In this document: piece after piece, positions 25,551-38,955 of the stretch
Position numbering within the stretch: the stretch's first letter is position 1
How the letters are laid out: the number at the start of each line of letters is the position of its first letter
Assembly: GCF_004010195.1 (NCBI RefSeq)
Contig: NC_057754.1
Span: 3,037,649-3,101,648, forward strand
Source: Chiloscyllium plagiosum
Lineage: Eukaryota
DNA: 64,000 nt
Reading direction: 5' to 3'
The notes under the pieces: model-generated
The model's database searches: none
What the model saw: only the letters and a program-made list of their open reading frames with translations
Told to the model about the DNA's origin: nothing
Position numbers and translations under genes: made by a program

Positions 25551-28138
25551 ATTGAACTCTTCCCACTCTGGCACTGGGAGTATGAGCAAAAGTGTCGAGA
25601 GTGAATACTCGATTCCCTTTTCGTGAGAAAAACCATGACTAACAGCTGGGAATGAGGTGGCTGGCCCATTGGCTCGGACAGAGAGAGATAAAAACAGAGT
25701 CGCAGAGTGAGGCGCTGGAAAAGCACAGCAGGTCAGGCAGCATCCGAGGAGCAGGAGAGTCAACATTTCAGGAATGGCTTATTCTGCTCCTGGGATGCTG
25801 CCTGACCTGCTGTGCTTTTCCAGCAACACACTCTTCAAATCTGATCTCCAGTGCTCACTTTCTCCCAGAAATAAAGACAGACAGAGACTGAGAGAGAGAG
25901 ACTGACAAAGAGACCGAGAGAGACAGAGTGAAAAAGATACAGAGAGAAAGAGAGAGAAGGGGTTAGATGGCAGAGCTGTTGGGTAAGAATAGCAGAGACT
26001 CTTCTCGTGAAAGGATAACACCTCCACACACCAGGAGAGGGCACTATCTGCACATACCACAGACTGTGTCTGAGTTGCTTCCCTCCATAGGAACAGTAAC
26101 AGTAACAATACTGAGGTACAGTATCAGAACCAAAACTCTCTACCTGCGATACAAAGTACCTGCAGTGACTCACAGCGATACACCAAAGTGGAACACAACT
26201 AGGGGAGGTTGTAGAACGAGATCGGGTGTGAGGAAGGAAGGAGATGTGAAGTACAGCCAACAACAATGTGCATTCCTGTAGCGCCTTTACGTGACATACC
26301 ATCCTCCTGGCAGTATAACCCAACAGGTTTTGACCCTGAGCCACATTATTAGGGGCAGACTCGTCCAAAGAATTTGCTTTAATGAGGGTCTTGGAGGAGC
26401 GAAAGGGAGAGAGAGAGAGAGAGACAGCAAGGTTTAGGGAAGGGAAATCCAGAGCTTAAGAGTCCCAGGAAGCTGAAGGAATGGTCACTAATGCTGAATG
26501 ATGGGAATTGGGGGATGCTCAAGGGGCCCGGAATCGGAGCACAGATGTAGGGCTGGAGGGGGTGACAGAGATAGGGAGGGGGTGTAGGGCTGGAAGCGTG
26601 ATAGAGATAGGGAGGGGGTGTAGGGGGTTACAGAGATAGGGAAGGGGGTGTAGGAGCCAGAGGAGGTTACAGGGATAGGGAGGGGTGCAGGGGATGGGAG
26701 AGATTACAGAGGTAGGGGAGGGGACTTGGGGCTGGAGGAAATGACTGAGCTAGGGAGGGGATCTTGGGGGCGTCTGAGTTGTATGTCCCGTTATAACACA
26801 CCAACTGCAGCGCAATACATCAGGCAGACAGCTCCCCTCTCCAACCTGCCCAAAAGCTTTATCCGAATCCTCTACCCCAACCTTTAAAAGCTTGTGGTCC
26901 CACTGTCCCTCTGGCTGGAGACTGAGATACCATCTGGATGACAGGACCTGTTAACAGCTCCCTCTCTATGTAAAAACAATGCAAGTGCATTTGCATAGCA
27001 CCTATCACAACCTCAGGATGTCTCAATGCCTGTTCACAGCCAAATGTCAGCACTGTCAGCAATGCAGGAAATGCACTGGCCATGCACAGCAGGATCCCAC
27101 ATACAGCGACTAACCAGCAAATCATCTGCCTTTGGGAAGTTAGTCGGAAGTAAAGAGGTTTCGTAATTTATTTACAAAACTGAAAACCCCTGGGGGAGGT
27201 GCTGGAGGTCAGAAAAAACGAAACAGGCTGGAAACACTCTGAGGGACAGGGAGTGGGGGGGACACTGAAACAGTTAGCGATCCATTCCTAGGACCCTTCA
27301 CCAGAACTGGGAAGGAGAGTGAGATGTGAATGGGGGTGTTAGTGCCAAGCAGAACGAGATGACAAAGGGATGGAAGACATGTGTAGAGGAGGTGTGAACG
27401 GTAGCAGAAGGCAGAGGGATGATGGTCATCTCACTGGACTAGTGGTGGGGGGGGTCATTTGATTATAAGACCAAAAGACATAGGAGTGGAAGTAAGGCTA
27501 TTCGGCCCATCGGGTCCACTCCACCATGGCTGGTGGCCATTTCAATGCCACTTACCCACACACTCCCCATATCCCTTAATTGCTTGCACGATTAAGAATT
27601 TATCAATCCCTGCCTTGAAGACACGTAACGTCCCAGTCTCCACTGCGCTCCATGACAATGAATTCCACAGGCCCACCACTCTCTAGCTGAAGGAATGTCT
27701 CCTCATTTCCGTTTTAAATTGACCCCCTCCAATTCCAAGGCTGTGCCCACGGGTCCCAGTCTCCCCGCCTGACGGAAACACATTCCCAGCATCCACTCTT
27801 TCTAAGCCATGCATTATTTTGTAAGTTTCTATTAGATCTCTCCTCAATGTTCTAAACTCTCATGAATGCCATCCCAGGATCTTCAGCCGTTCATCATATG
27901 TTAGGCCTAGCCTTGGTGAGACTTAAATCCCACCCCTAAAACAGGGTGGGGTGAGGCTGGGGAGAGAACAATGGGTGAATGGGGGAGGGGGTGGAGGTGA
28001 TCCGAGGAGCAGGAAAATCAAAAAGCCCTCTTGCTGATTTCTCAATCCCCTGCTGAATTCCCTGTGTCCTTTTCTCAGTCCAACCCATCAATTTGATTGA
28101 AATACCTGATGTTAACATTGCCCCCCCCCCATACTCAC

Positions 28139-28297
28139 CGGCTCAGCCTCCTCCTCCTCTATCCTTGCTGTCGCACTGCTCCTCAGGGTTCTGGAGCTCC
28201 CACGGATAGGATTCCTGGGCGTCAGGACCAGCATTTCGCTGGACCGGGAATCTGCTTGCTCCTGGCTCTCGGTTTCCGTCTCTCCCTCTTCTTGAAC
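28139..28297 (-). CDS. Candidate N-terminal exon of the PLD3-like gene
   Basis: gagcag|VQEEGETETESQEQADSRSSEMLVLTPRNPIRGSSRTLRSSATARIEEEEAEP|gtgagt; 159 nt, phase 0 to 0. Confidence 0.55.
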
Positions 28298-28392
28298 CTG
28301 CTCCCAGGACAGGAAACACAGCACATCGCTGACTCCGTGGTAAAACGATTCCCCAGCTCCAGGCTTCCCAGTGCAACCTCCTCCCAGAATGT

Positions 28393-29370
28393 AGGCACAG
28401 CAGAGTGGCTTTAGTGGTTAGCACTTCTGCCTCACAGCTCCAGGCACCTGGGTTCGATTCCACCCTCGGGTGACTGCACAGGGTTTGTACATCCCCCCCG
28501 CCCCCCCAACCATGTCGGCGTGGATTTCCTCCAGGTGCGCTGGTTTCCTCCCACAGTCCAAAAATGTGTAGGTTAGGGTGGATTGGCCATGGGAAATTGT
28601 CCCATAGCGCCCAGGGATATGCAGGTTAGGGTGGATTGGCCATGCTAAATTGTCCCATAGTGCCCAGGGATGTGCAGGTTAGGGTGGGTTGGCCGCGCTA
28701 AATTGTCCCATAGTGCCCAGGGATGTGCAGGTTAGGGTGGATTGGCCATGCTAAATTGCCCCATAGTGCCCAGGGATGNNNNNNNNNNNNNNNNNNNNNN
28801 NNNNNNNNNNNNNNNNNNNNNNNNNNNNNNNNNNNNNNNNNNNNNNNNNNNNNNNNNNNNNNNNNNNNNNNNNNNNNNNNNNNNNNNNNNNNNNNNNNNN
28901 NNNNNNNNNNNNNNNNNNNNNNNNNNNNNNNNNNNNNNNNNNNNNNNNNNNNNNNNNNNNNNNNNNNNNNNNNNNNNNNNNNNNNNNNNNNNNNNNNNNN
29001 NNNNNNNNNNNNNNNNNNNNNNNNNNNNNNNNNNNNNNNNNNNNNNNNNNNNNNNNNNNNNNNNNNNNNNNNNNNNNNNNNNNNNNNNNTGGCCATGCTA
29101 ACTTGTCCCATAGTGCCCAGCGATGTGTAGGTTAGGGTGGATTGGCCACGCTAAATTGTCCCATAGCGCCCAGGGATTTGCAGGTTAGGGTGGATTGGCC
29201 ATGCTAAATTGTCCCATAGTGCCCAGGGATGTGCAGGTTAGGGTGGATTGGCCATGGGAAATTGTCCCATAGTGTCCAGGGATGTGTAGGTTAGAGTGGA
29301 TTAGCCATGGGAAATGTAAGGTTTTGGGGAAAGATTGGGGTGCTCCTCAGAGGGTCAGTGTAGACTTTTA
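28393..29370 (+). mobile_element. HE1 SINE with large 53-bp tandem expansion across an N gap
   Basis: Head at ~28393; units on both sides of gap 28779-29089. Confidence 0.88.
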
Positions 29371-30875
29371 GATTAGATTAGATTACAGTGTGGAAACAGG
29401 CCCTTCGGCCCAACAAGTCCACACCGACCCGCCGAAGCGTAACCCACCCATACCCCTACATTTACCCCTTACCTAACACTACGGGCAATTTAGCATGGCC
29501 AAGACTTGGTGTCTCCTTTCTGCACAGAATCCCCCACACTCTGGGAAGATGCCATTTCAGCCCATCGTGTCCCGGACTAGCTCTCTCTAACCACCCCTTA
29601 AATATCCAAATAATCATGCAATGCTCAGCTGAACCTGCCCCCCCACCACCACCACCACCACATTTCCAGGCGATACCTTTCAGACTGTAACCTCTCCCTG
29701 GGTGGGGGAGAAAAATAAAATTGCTTCCCACAGCGTCTTTGTTTCGTTTCCAACACAATTTAAAACGTGTGATCTCTGAATTCTGAATGCTTTCCCGCAT
29801 CTTTGCCCAGGCCCCTCACTTCATCCCGCAGACCCGGTAATGTCTGCTGACAATTTCAGGGCTGCTTTTCGAGTTGTTCCTTTGCAATTGAGAATGGGGG
29901 CAATTAATTTTCCACTCACGTCTCTCTGGGGGGGGGGGGGGTTGGTTTCTTTCTTTGGCGCCAAAAGTGATCAGAAACTGAAACAGTGAAAGAAATTGCT
30001 GCGTCCACTTCCGGGAATGCTTTGTGGAGAAATAAGTTTTGAAAAATGCAACATTTCGTTTAATCTTAATGCGGTGCACATGAAGGGATGGAGGTGAATC
30101 CCCAACTCTCTCCGTCCCTGTCACGTTTGAATATAAGTGCTTTAGGGGGAACTTGTCAGCTTTGGAAATTGATACAGTTAAAAATGTTGCAATAAGGCGT
30201 TGATATCGACAAAATAAAACACAGGAATGCACATTTAACTTCTGTTACCATCCTAGGGTCAGCACACACACACACAGACATCATAGTCGAAGGTCCTAGA
30301 CAAGGGGATGCCAATTACATTAAGTTTCACTGGCTAATTTCACGAATGCTGGAGATTTCAGGGAGGACCACAAATTTGGTCACGGTTTTTAAAGCGTGCA
30401 GTCGAATCGGTCCCCAGTAGTTTTACAAAATGGTATCACTTTACGTCTCTCTCTCTCTCTCTCGAAGATGCACAAACCTGCCCTTTCAGTCGCTTCGACT
30501 TCCTCCGTTGCACCTCGACCCTCCTTGGCATTGCAAAGCGAGACGAAATCTTTGCCCCCACTCCCCACTGAAACAAAACTTTGTTTTAAAAGACTTCTTC
30601 AAAGTCACTGCTGGCCACTTGCTTTGTTGGGGTTTTTGTTGTTGTTGTTGTTTGCAGTGACGTTTTTAGGAAACGGGCGATAACCACCTTCTGGCCAGCA
30701 AAGCAACAGCCAGCTCCCACAACAGAGACTTTCAAATTTAAACCGGTTTGTCAGTTAGAGCGGGGATTTTTTTTTAAAAAAAATATATCTTTCCTGTTCC
30801 GTCCCTCAGGCAGCAATAAGGCTGCCCTCCAGTGGTCCCACAGCCAACTTTCATGTCACTGAAGTTGTCTCTCAC

Positions 30876-30932
30876 CTCCCCCTGGGACTCTTGTATCTCG
30901 GGCAATCGACCCTCCTGCTCCTCGGATGCTGC
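30876..30932 (-). CDS. Candidate 57-nt exon of the PLD3-like gene
   Basis: ctttgtttctcacag|AASEEQEGRLPEIQESQGE|gtgaga; phase 0 to 0. Confidence 0.45.
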
Positions 30933-32035
30933 CTGTGAGAAACAAAGCTCACACACTTCAATAATTGCAGTCCGAGACAAAATCTGAACCAGTAGTGTCC
31001 TTTATTGCAAGTGGGTGTGATGTCCAGTGCCAGGCAAGGCAGAGGACATACACACACCCAAAATCTGAATCAGTAGTGTCCTTTATTTTTACACTTGCAA
31101 GTGGGTGTGATGTCCAGTGCCAGGCAAGGCAGAGGGCATACACACATCAAATTCAACAAACTCTTGATATTTATATATATATATCTTTTCTTATTTCATT
31201 GTTTCCCCCCCTGTTTCCATCCTCCACTTCCCTAAGACTGGTCCCACCACTCCTGCTTATCTCTTGCCTTAGCCGGCCTTGTCTGTGACAAAATGCTTAT
31301 ATCTGGCCTCACAAGGCCGTTTGACCTCATCCCGCTGCAGGTCATTGTTAGGCATATTCTTTCTTCATCAGTATCTACTCTTTCCATCTGGGCTCCTCCC
31401 GAAGCCACTCTGATCCCTATGACCTCCTTAATTAGGGTTAGTTCCTGTGTCTCTGTAAAAGTGGGAAACAGTACCTACTGTTTGAACAGGCGTATCTAGC
31501 CTAACTTCATCCCCTCACGACATCTTATCTATTTGCCCATAATATCTACCATTGTTTTGCAGTCACGTTTCATGCTGGCATACAATTTTAGCTAATACAA
31601 AAACAATTATGTATTTCCTCCACATAGTTTCCATTCTTGTTGACTCAGCTCTTGGCTGAAACAATTACACACTGGTGTGAGTTCATTTACTTTGTATCAG
31701 GAATTATAATTGCAGAATTGCAGAAGTAACATTAATTTACCTATATCCCACACTGCCTGACCTGCTGTGCTTTTCCAGCACCACACTCTCCACTCTGATC
31801 TCCAGCCTCTGCAGGCCTCACTTTCTCCTCTATTTAGGATTTGGAGATGCCGGTGTTGGACTGGGGTGTACAAAGTTAAAAATCACACAACACCAGGTTA
31901 TAGTCCAACAGGTTTAATTGGAAGCACTAGCTTACGGAGCGCTGCTCCTCCACAACCACCTGATGAAGGACGTCACTCCAAAAGCTAGTGTGCTTCCAAT
32001 TAAACCTGTTGGACTATAACCTGGTCCTCTATTTA

Positions 32036-32625
32036 ACCCCATACTGTCCCTGTCCTAGGAGTGTTTGATGGGGAGGACAGTGTAGTGGGAGCTTTACTCT
32101 GTATCTAACCCTGTGCTGTCCCTGTCCTGGGAGTGTTTGATGGGGGACAGTGTAGTGGGAGCTTTACTCTGTATCTAACCCTGTGCTGTCCCTGTCCTGG
32201 GGAGTGTTTGATGGGGAGGACAGTGTAGTGGGAGCTTTACTCTGTATCTAACCCCGTGCTCTCCCTGTCCCTGGGAGTGTTTGATGGGGCGACAGTGTGG
32301 AGGGAGCTTTACTCTGTATCTAACCCCGTGCTCTCCCTGTCCTGGGAGTGTTTGATGGGGGACAGTGTAGAGGGAGCTTTACCCTGTATCTAACCCCGTG
32401 CTCTCCCTGTCCTGGGAGTGTTTGATGGGGGGACAGTGTAGTGGGAGCTTTACTCTGTATCTAACCCCGTGCTGTCCCTGTCCCTGGCGAGTGTTTGATG
32501 GGGGACAGTGTAGAGGGAGCTTTACTCTGTATCTAACCCCGTGCTGTCCCTGTCCTGGGAGTGTTAATGTGGGACAGTGTGGAGGGAGCTTTACCCTGTA
32601 TCTAACCCCCGTGCTGTCCCTGTCT
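32036..32625. repeat. ~70-bp shark satellite array, ~8 copies
   Basis: Same unit as 21400-21800. Confidence 0.95.
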
Positions 32626-32659
32626 GTAAATGTTCCTTCCCCTGTTGTGTTCTTCAACA

Positions 32660-32975
32660 GATTAGATTCCCTACAGTGTGGAAACAGGCCCTTCGGCCCA
32701 ACAAGTTCACACCGACACTCAGAAGAGGGACCATCCCTGAACAGTTCCCCTACATTTACCCCAGCACCTAACACTACAGGCAATTTAGCACGGTCAATTC
32801 ACCCTGACCTGCACATCTTTGGACTGTGGGAGGAAACCGGAGCACCCGAAGGAAACCCACGCAGACACGGGGAGAACGTGCAAACTCCACACAGTCAGTC
32901 GCCTGAGGCGGGAATTGAACCCCGGTCTCTGGCGCTGTGAGGCAGCAGTGCTAACCACTGTGCCACCGTGTCGCC
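32660..32975 (-). mobile_element. HE1 SINE
   Basis: Full head-to-tail copy ending GGGAATCTAATCT. Confidence 0.92.
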
Positions 32976-33411
32976 CTTATTGGCCACAATTGTTTCCTTG
33001 CAATATTCACGTCCTCTGCTTAATTCTGAGCTGAAGGTGAGCTGGATTTTGGCAATGCACCAGCCTCAGGCACACTCCAGTTACAACTGATCAGTGCCTG
33101 AGGGTGGTATTGTGCAGGCTGTCACCTAGTGGCCACCACAGGAATAGCGGGTGGCCATTCAGCCCGTCAAACCTGTTCCTCCATGCAGCAAGATCCGCCC
33201 TGCCCCCATATCCCTGAAGTAATTTGATTAGCAAAAATCGATCCACCTCATATTTAAATTGTTGAACTTATCGAATATCAGTTTCAGTTTGTGGATGAAT
33301 ATTCCAAACGTTTTCCGTCCTTGGTGCGGAGAAACTAATTTCACTCCTGAAAGATCTTGGGCTCTCCTTTTTAAATCCTGCTCCTTCCTGAACCAGAGGA
33401 GACAATAATAC

Positions 33412-33449
33412 CTTGGAGTCCAGGCCGTGTCCCGATGGATCTGGAATTC
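33412..33449 (-). CDS. Candidate 38-nt upstream exon (coding or 5' UTR) of the PLD3-like gene
   Basis: ttcctggcacag|GAATTCC...TCCAAG|gtatta; open as xIPDPSGHGLDSK, ending in phase 0. Confidence 0.3.
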
Positions 33450-33578
33450 CTGTGCCAGGAACACAGTATTATCACAAGATGGAGCTCTCTTTGAACACCA
33501 GTAGACAGCTGACACTGACAGTGATACTCTGGTCTGGTTCACACCTTAATTGCTAGCCCACGGTGGGTGTCTGAGCAT

Positions 33579-34243
33579 TGTGAGTACTACTCTATCAAGC
33601 ATATGGACCAGAGCAGACCCCCTCAAAATATATTAAGAAGGTAACCTAGACCCCAACTTGTTCTTATTTAAAAGGTCACTGTGTTTCAGATGTGATGTGA
33701 CTACTAGACGTGAAGCAAAACGCAATTTATTTAAACTCTGTAGTTAAAATACAAACAAACAACAGAGGAATTTAGAACAACTTAACTATTGCAAAACTTA
33801 ACCGAATAATAGGTACGGTACCTATTACTAATTTGCTGTTCCAATATTGTAATATCACATAAACACACCCCTTGGCACAAAAGGCAAATTCAGACACAGA
33901 TTCTGATATGCAGTTTTCCAGTACAGGAGGGAAAAACAAAACATCAAGAGGGATTTCGGAGAAAGTTGCAGCTAGGAATCATTCACTGAAGCCCCCAGCT
34001 CTTCTGAGATCCCCCAACAGTTTCTGACTGTTACAGCTGACAAAATACTCAATAGCCTGGTCTGTGAGAGTTGGCCACACCCATTCAGGCTGCTTTCCAA
34101 CTTTATTAAACAAAACCTAAAAGCCTCGCACATTGTTTCTCAAGCAGGCCCCAGTAGCCAGTTCGGCACCTCTGCCTTTACAACCTCTTTTCATAAAAGA
34201 AACCTGCGACAAAATAACCTTTTAAAGTGACATTATCGTCACA
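33579..34243. mobile_element. Probable solo LTR
   Basis: TGTGA...TCACA inverted termini, ~665 bp, AT-rich and non-coding; no clean TSD seen. Confidence 0.45.
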
Positions 34244-34994
34244 AGTCCCGCATGGGTCTGTCTTGAGTTCCCAACTTTCTCATATTTACATCAATGACTT
34301 ACGAGAGGAATGAAGGAATGGGAGCGAAATTTGCAGATGACCCAAAAATAGGCCGGAATGTATGTTATAACAGGGGTTTAAAATCACAGGCTTCACCTGA
34401 CGAAGGAAGAGCGCTCTGAGAGCTTGTGATTTCCTGTGGACCTGTTGGTTTATAACCTGGTGTCCTGTGCCTTCTGCCCTTGTCCATCCCAGCACCTCCA
34501 CATCATGGCTATCTGCAAAGCCCTGTGGATGTTGGCCTTTGTTGGTCGGCATGTAGTATCCCACAATGGTCAAATAGTCTATGGACAATATAACTGTATC
34601 TCGGTATCATCGTCTTTGGGTACGTAGGTCATAGAACTGGGAAGCTTCGACATGCCTGAATTGATTGGAAGGAGCAGAGTAGGAAATTGCCTTTGCTGTG
34701 ATTAATTTGGGAAGAATTGTGTCTACTTTGGCCAAACCAGCTTAATGATTGCCGTCTGAATCCCTGGATGAGATTTTTAATGTAACAACTTATACATGTT
34801 CCTGTGATGTTTGGATTGTAGATATTTCCATTGCGAGGCCTGTTGGTCATGGATGTCTCTTTTTATTACTTTTCTGCTTGTTTATCATGGGTGCTGCCAT
34901 TAGCTGGTTCCTCATGACACTCTACTCATTACATTAAAGAGGAATTCGGTCTGCATAGGATTTCCACACTCTCTACATTATAATCATAATGGGG

Positions 34995-35310
34995 TGGGGT
35001 GGCACAGTGGTTGAGTGGTTAGCACTGCTGCCTCACGGTGCCAGGTACCTGGGTTCGGTTCCACCCTCGGGTCTCTGTCTGTGTGGAGTTTGCACATTCT
35101 CCCCGTGTCTGCGTGGGTTTCCTCTGGGTGCTCCGGTTTCCCCCCACAGTCCAAATGATGTGCAGGTCAGGTGGATCGGCCGTCTAAATTGCCCGCAGTG
35201 TTAGGTGCATTAGTCAGAGGGAAATGGGTCTGGGTGGGTTACTCTTCGGAGGGTCAGTGTGGACTTGTTGGGCTGAAGGGCCTGTTTCCACACCGTAGGG
35301 AATCTAAACT
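34995..35310 (+). mobile_element. HE1 SINE
   Basis: Head, core and tail all present. Confidence 0.9.
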
Positions 35311-36139
35311 GACCAAAGAAATACAAAAATACAGTGGGCTTAGAGAGTTGAATTATGAGGAAATGTTGCATGAACTTGGGTTGTCTTACCTGAGTTTAAA
35401 GGATTAAAGAGCGATCAGATAAAGAAGCATTAAATGTCAGATAGGTACAGAGGCACGACTTTCTCTAGTGTACGACAAGAATATGTAGACTCCCTTCTCA
35501 GGAGCTCGGCCAACCAAAACATTTATCAAACAATAAATCCAATCTTGGCCGATATTTGCAGCTTTTGAGATTGAGACTGATAGGCCTTTGTTAAGTTCAC
35601 CTACCCTGGGATAGGTTACCTCGCAAATATGGCTAAGTGGAACTCAGGTACAGATCACTGATGATCTAACTGACTGGCGAAGCAGTCAGTTTATGCTATA
35701 GTTTCTTTTTGGGGGGGTGGAAAAAGAGAGATGAAGGGTGTTAGCGGAGGAAACATGTTGATAGTTCAGATTAAGTAGCAATGATGTGTCTCCTGCCAGA
35801 CTTGAAAAGAGCCTCCGATGCTCCAGGGAAAACAGCCCCAGCCTGTTCAGCCTCTCCCTGTAGCTCAGTTCCTCCAACCCTGGCAACATCCTTGTAAATC
35901 TTTTCTGAACCCTTTCAAGGGTTAAATGGCTGACTCCTGATCCTAATACTCCTACATAATGTATCCACTCCTCCGCAATAAATCTAACATTGGTTAGTCC
36001 CTGATTGCAAGCCACAGACTATCCCAGCTGTAACCTTTTCTAACCTTGTAGTTGGAAGTTCCGTTTACGGCAGCTGAGATACTTTTTAAAAACAATGTAT
36101 ATATTTAATCATCCTCAACATTGGATAAGAACGTTTTGC

Positions 36140-36345
36140 TTGTACAAAGTTAAAAATTCACACAACACCAGGTTATAGTCCAACAGGTTTAATTGGAAGC
36201 ACTAGCTTTCGGAGCGACGCTCCTTCATCAGGTGGTAGTCGCTTCGAAAGCTAGTGCTTCCAATTAAACCTGTTGGACTATAACCTGGTGTTGTGTGAAT
36301 TTTAACTTTGTACACCCCAGTCCAACACCGGCACCTCCAAATCAT
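36140..36345. mobile_element. Fold-back (inverted) Penelope terminal-repeat element with hammerhead core
   Basis: 36141-36211 is the reverse complement of ~36245-36314; hammerhead core on minus strand at 36200-36234. Confidence 0.85.
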
Positions 36346-36479
36346 GACTGCTTGTTTAAGTCCATGACATTCATTCCGTACACTGTAAATTCCTGGCCTT
36401 GCTCCTTCTGTATCTGAGATGTACCTGGATGCTCTAAGATAAAAACTCAGCAGGTCTTGACTTTATAGAGGTTTGTAAG

Positions 36480-37281
36480 ATCATAGGGTGAAAAGGCTAG
36501 GTCTTTTCCTTGGGTTTGCAGAGTCTGGAACTCGAGGGCATAGGTTTAGGATGAGAGGGGTAAGATTTAAAAGGGACCGAAGGGGCATCTTTGTCACACA
36601 GAGGGTGGTACGTGTATGGAATGAGCTGCTAGAGGATGTGGTGGAGGTTGGTACAATGATAACATTTAAAAGGCATCTGGATGGGTACATGAATAGGAAG
36701 GGTTTGGAGGGATATTGGCAGGTGGGACTAGATTGGGTTGGGATATCTAGGTCAGCATGGACGAGTTGGGCCGAAGGGTCTGTTTCTATGCTGTACATCT
36801 CTATGACCCTATGAAGACGTATATGGATAGGTTAAGCAATTGCGCAAAAATTGGGCATATGACGTGGGAAAGGATAAAGTCATTCACTTTGGCAGGAAGA
36901 ATAAAAAAAATCGGAGTATTATTTAAATAGAGATTAGCGACAGCGTTCAGCTTGCAGAGTGTTTCATGTGTTTGAGCACCGGAATCACAAAATGTGAGTC
37001 ATAGAGTCATAGAGATGTACAGCATGGAAACAGACCCTTCCGCCCAACCCATCCATGCCAACCAGATATCCCAACCCAATCTAGTCCCACCTGCCAGCAC
37101 CCGGCCCATATCCCTCCAAACCCTTCCTATTCATATACCCATCCAAATGCCTTTTAAATGTTGTAATTGTACCAGCCTCCACCACTTCCTCTGGCAGCTC
37201 ATTCCATACACATACCACCCTCTGGGTGAAAAGGTTGCCCCTTAGGTCTCTTTTATATCTTTCCCCTCTCACCCTAAACCT
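36480..37281. mobile_element. Two CR1/HER1 3' ends (plus 36480-36812, minus 36999-37281)
   Basis: TQRVVRVWNEL...FKRHLDGYMNRKG ORFs with CTCTATGAC tails. Confidence 0.92.
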
Positions 37282-38275
37282 NNNNNNNNNNNNNNNNNNN
37301 NNNNNNNNNNNNNNNNNNNNNNNNNNNNNNNNNNNNNNNNNNNNNNNNNNNNNNNNNNNNNNNNNNNNNNNNNNNNNNNNNNNNNNNNNNNNNNNNNNNN
37401 NNNNNNNNNNNNNNNNNNNNNNNNNNNNNNNNNNNNNNNNNNNNNNNNNNNNNNNNNNNNNNNNNNNNNNNNNNNNNNNNNNNNNNNNNNNNNNNNNNNN
37501 NNNNNNNNNNNNNNNNNNNNNNNNNNNNNNNNNNNNNNNNNNNNNNNNNNNNNNNNNNNNNNNNNNNNNNNNNNNNNNNNNNNNNNNNNNNNNNNNNNNN
37601 NNNNNNNNNNNNNNNNNNNNNNNNNNNNNNNNNNNNNNNNNNNNNNNNNNNNNNNNNNNNNNNNNNNNNNNNNNNNNNNNNNNNNNNNNNNNNNNNNNNN
37701 NNNNNNNNNNNNNNNNNNNNNNNNNNNNNNNNNNNNNNNNNNNNNNNNNNNNNNNNNNNNNNNNNNNNNNNNNNNNNNNNNNNNNNNNNNNNNNNNNNNN
37801 NNNNNNNNNNNNNNNNNNNNNNNNNNNNNNNNNNNNNNNNNNNNNNNNNNNNNNNNNNNNNNNNNNNNNNNNNNNNNNNNNNNNNNNNNNNNNNNNNNNN
37901 NNNNNNNNNNNNNNNNNNNNNNNNNNNNNNNNNNNNNNNNNNNNNNNNNNNNNNNNNNNNNNNNNNNNNNNNNNNNNNNNNNNNNNNNNNNNNNNNNNNN
38001 NNNNNNNNNNNNNNNNNNNNNNNNNNNNNNNNNNNNNNNNNNNNNNNNNNNNNNNNNNNNNNNNNNNNNNNNNNNNNNNNNNNNNNNNNNNNNNNNNNNN
38101 NNNNNNNNNNNNNNNNNNNNNNNNNNNNNNNNNNNNNNNNNNNNNNNNNNNNNNNNNNNNNNNNNNNNNNNNNNNNNNNNNNNNNNNNNNNNNNNNNNNN
38201 NNNNNNNNNNNNNNNNNNNNNNNNNNNNNNNNNNNNNNNNNNNNNNNNNNNNNNNNNNNNNNNNNNNNNNNNNNN

Positions 38276-38955
38276 GACTGAGACAAGGTGGGGGGAGGGT
38301 AAATGAGGAAACTAGAGAACTCTGAGTTCATCCCTTGTGGTTGGAGGGTTCCTCGGCGGAAGATGAGGCGCTCTTCCTCCAGCCATCGTGTTGCTATGTT
38401 CTGGCGATGGAGGAGTCCAAGGACCTGCTTGTCCTTGGTGGAGTGGGAGGGGGAGTTAAAGTGTTGGGCTACGGGGTGGTTGGGTTGGTTGGTCCGGGTG
38501 TCCCAGAGGTGTTCTCTGAAACGTTCCGCAAGTAGGCGGCCTGTCTCCCCAATATAGAGGAGGCCACATCGGGTGCAGCGGATGCAGTAAATGATGTGTG
38601 TGGAGGTGCAGTGAATTTGTGGTGGATATGGAAGGATCCCTTGGGGCCTTGGAGGGAAGTAAGGGGGGACGTGTGGGCGCAAGTTTTGCATTTCTTGCGG
38701 TTGCAGGGGAAGGTGCCGGTAGTGGAGGTTGGGTTGGTGTGGGGTGTGGACCTGACGAGGGAGTCACGGAGGGAGTGGTCTTTTCGGAACGCTGATAGGG
38801 GAGGGGAGGGAAATATATCCCTGGTGGTGGGGTCCGTTTGGAGGTGGCGGAAATGACGACGGATGATACGATGTATATGGAGGTTGGTGGGGTGGTAGGT
38901 GAGGACCAGTGGGGTTCTGTCCTGGTGGCGATTGGAGGGGCGGGGCTCAAGGGTC
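38276..38955 (-). mobile_element. Penelope-like element, GIY-YIG endonuclease region
   Basis: PLVLTYHP...PCNRKKCKTC then HIIYCIRCTRCGLLYIGETGRLLAERFREH...VAQHFNSPSH...GTLQPQGMN. Confidence 0.95.

Noticed and set aside
26859-27125. Hydrophobic ORF (ICWLVAVCGILLCMASAFPALL) as the PLD transmembrane exon
   Set aside because: The sequence matches the DeuSINE-type repeat at ~3320-3440 and lacks suitable splice sites.
33118-33138. Single CTCF-like motif TGGCCACTAGGTGACAG on the minus strand
   Set aside because: Isolated, mismatched in the GGC core, and cannot be distinguished from chance without data.
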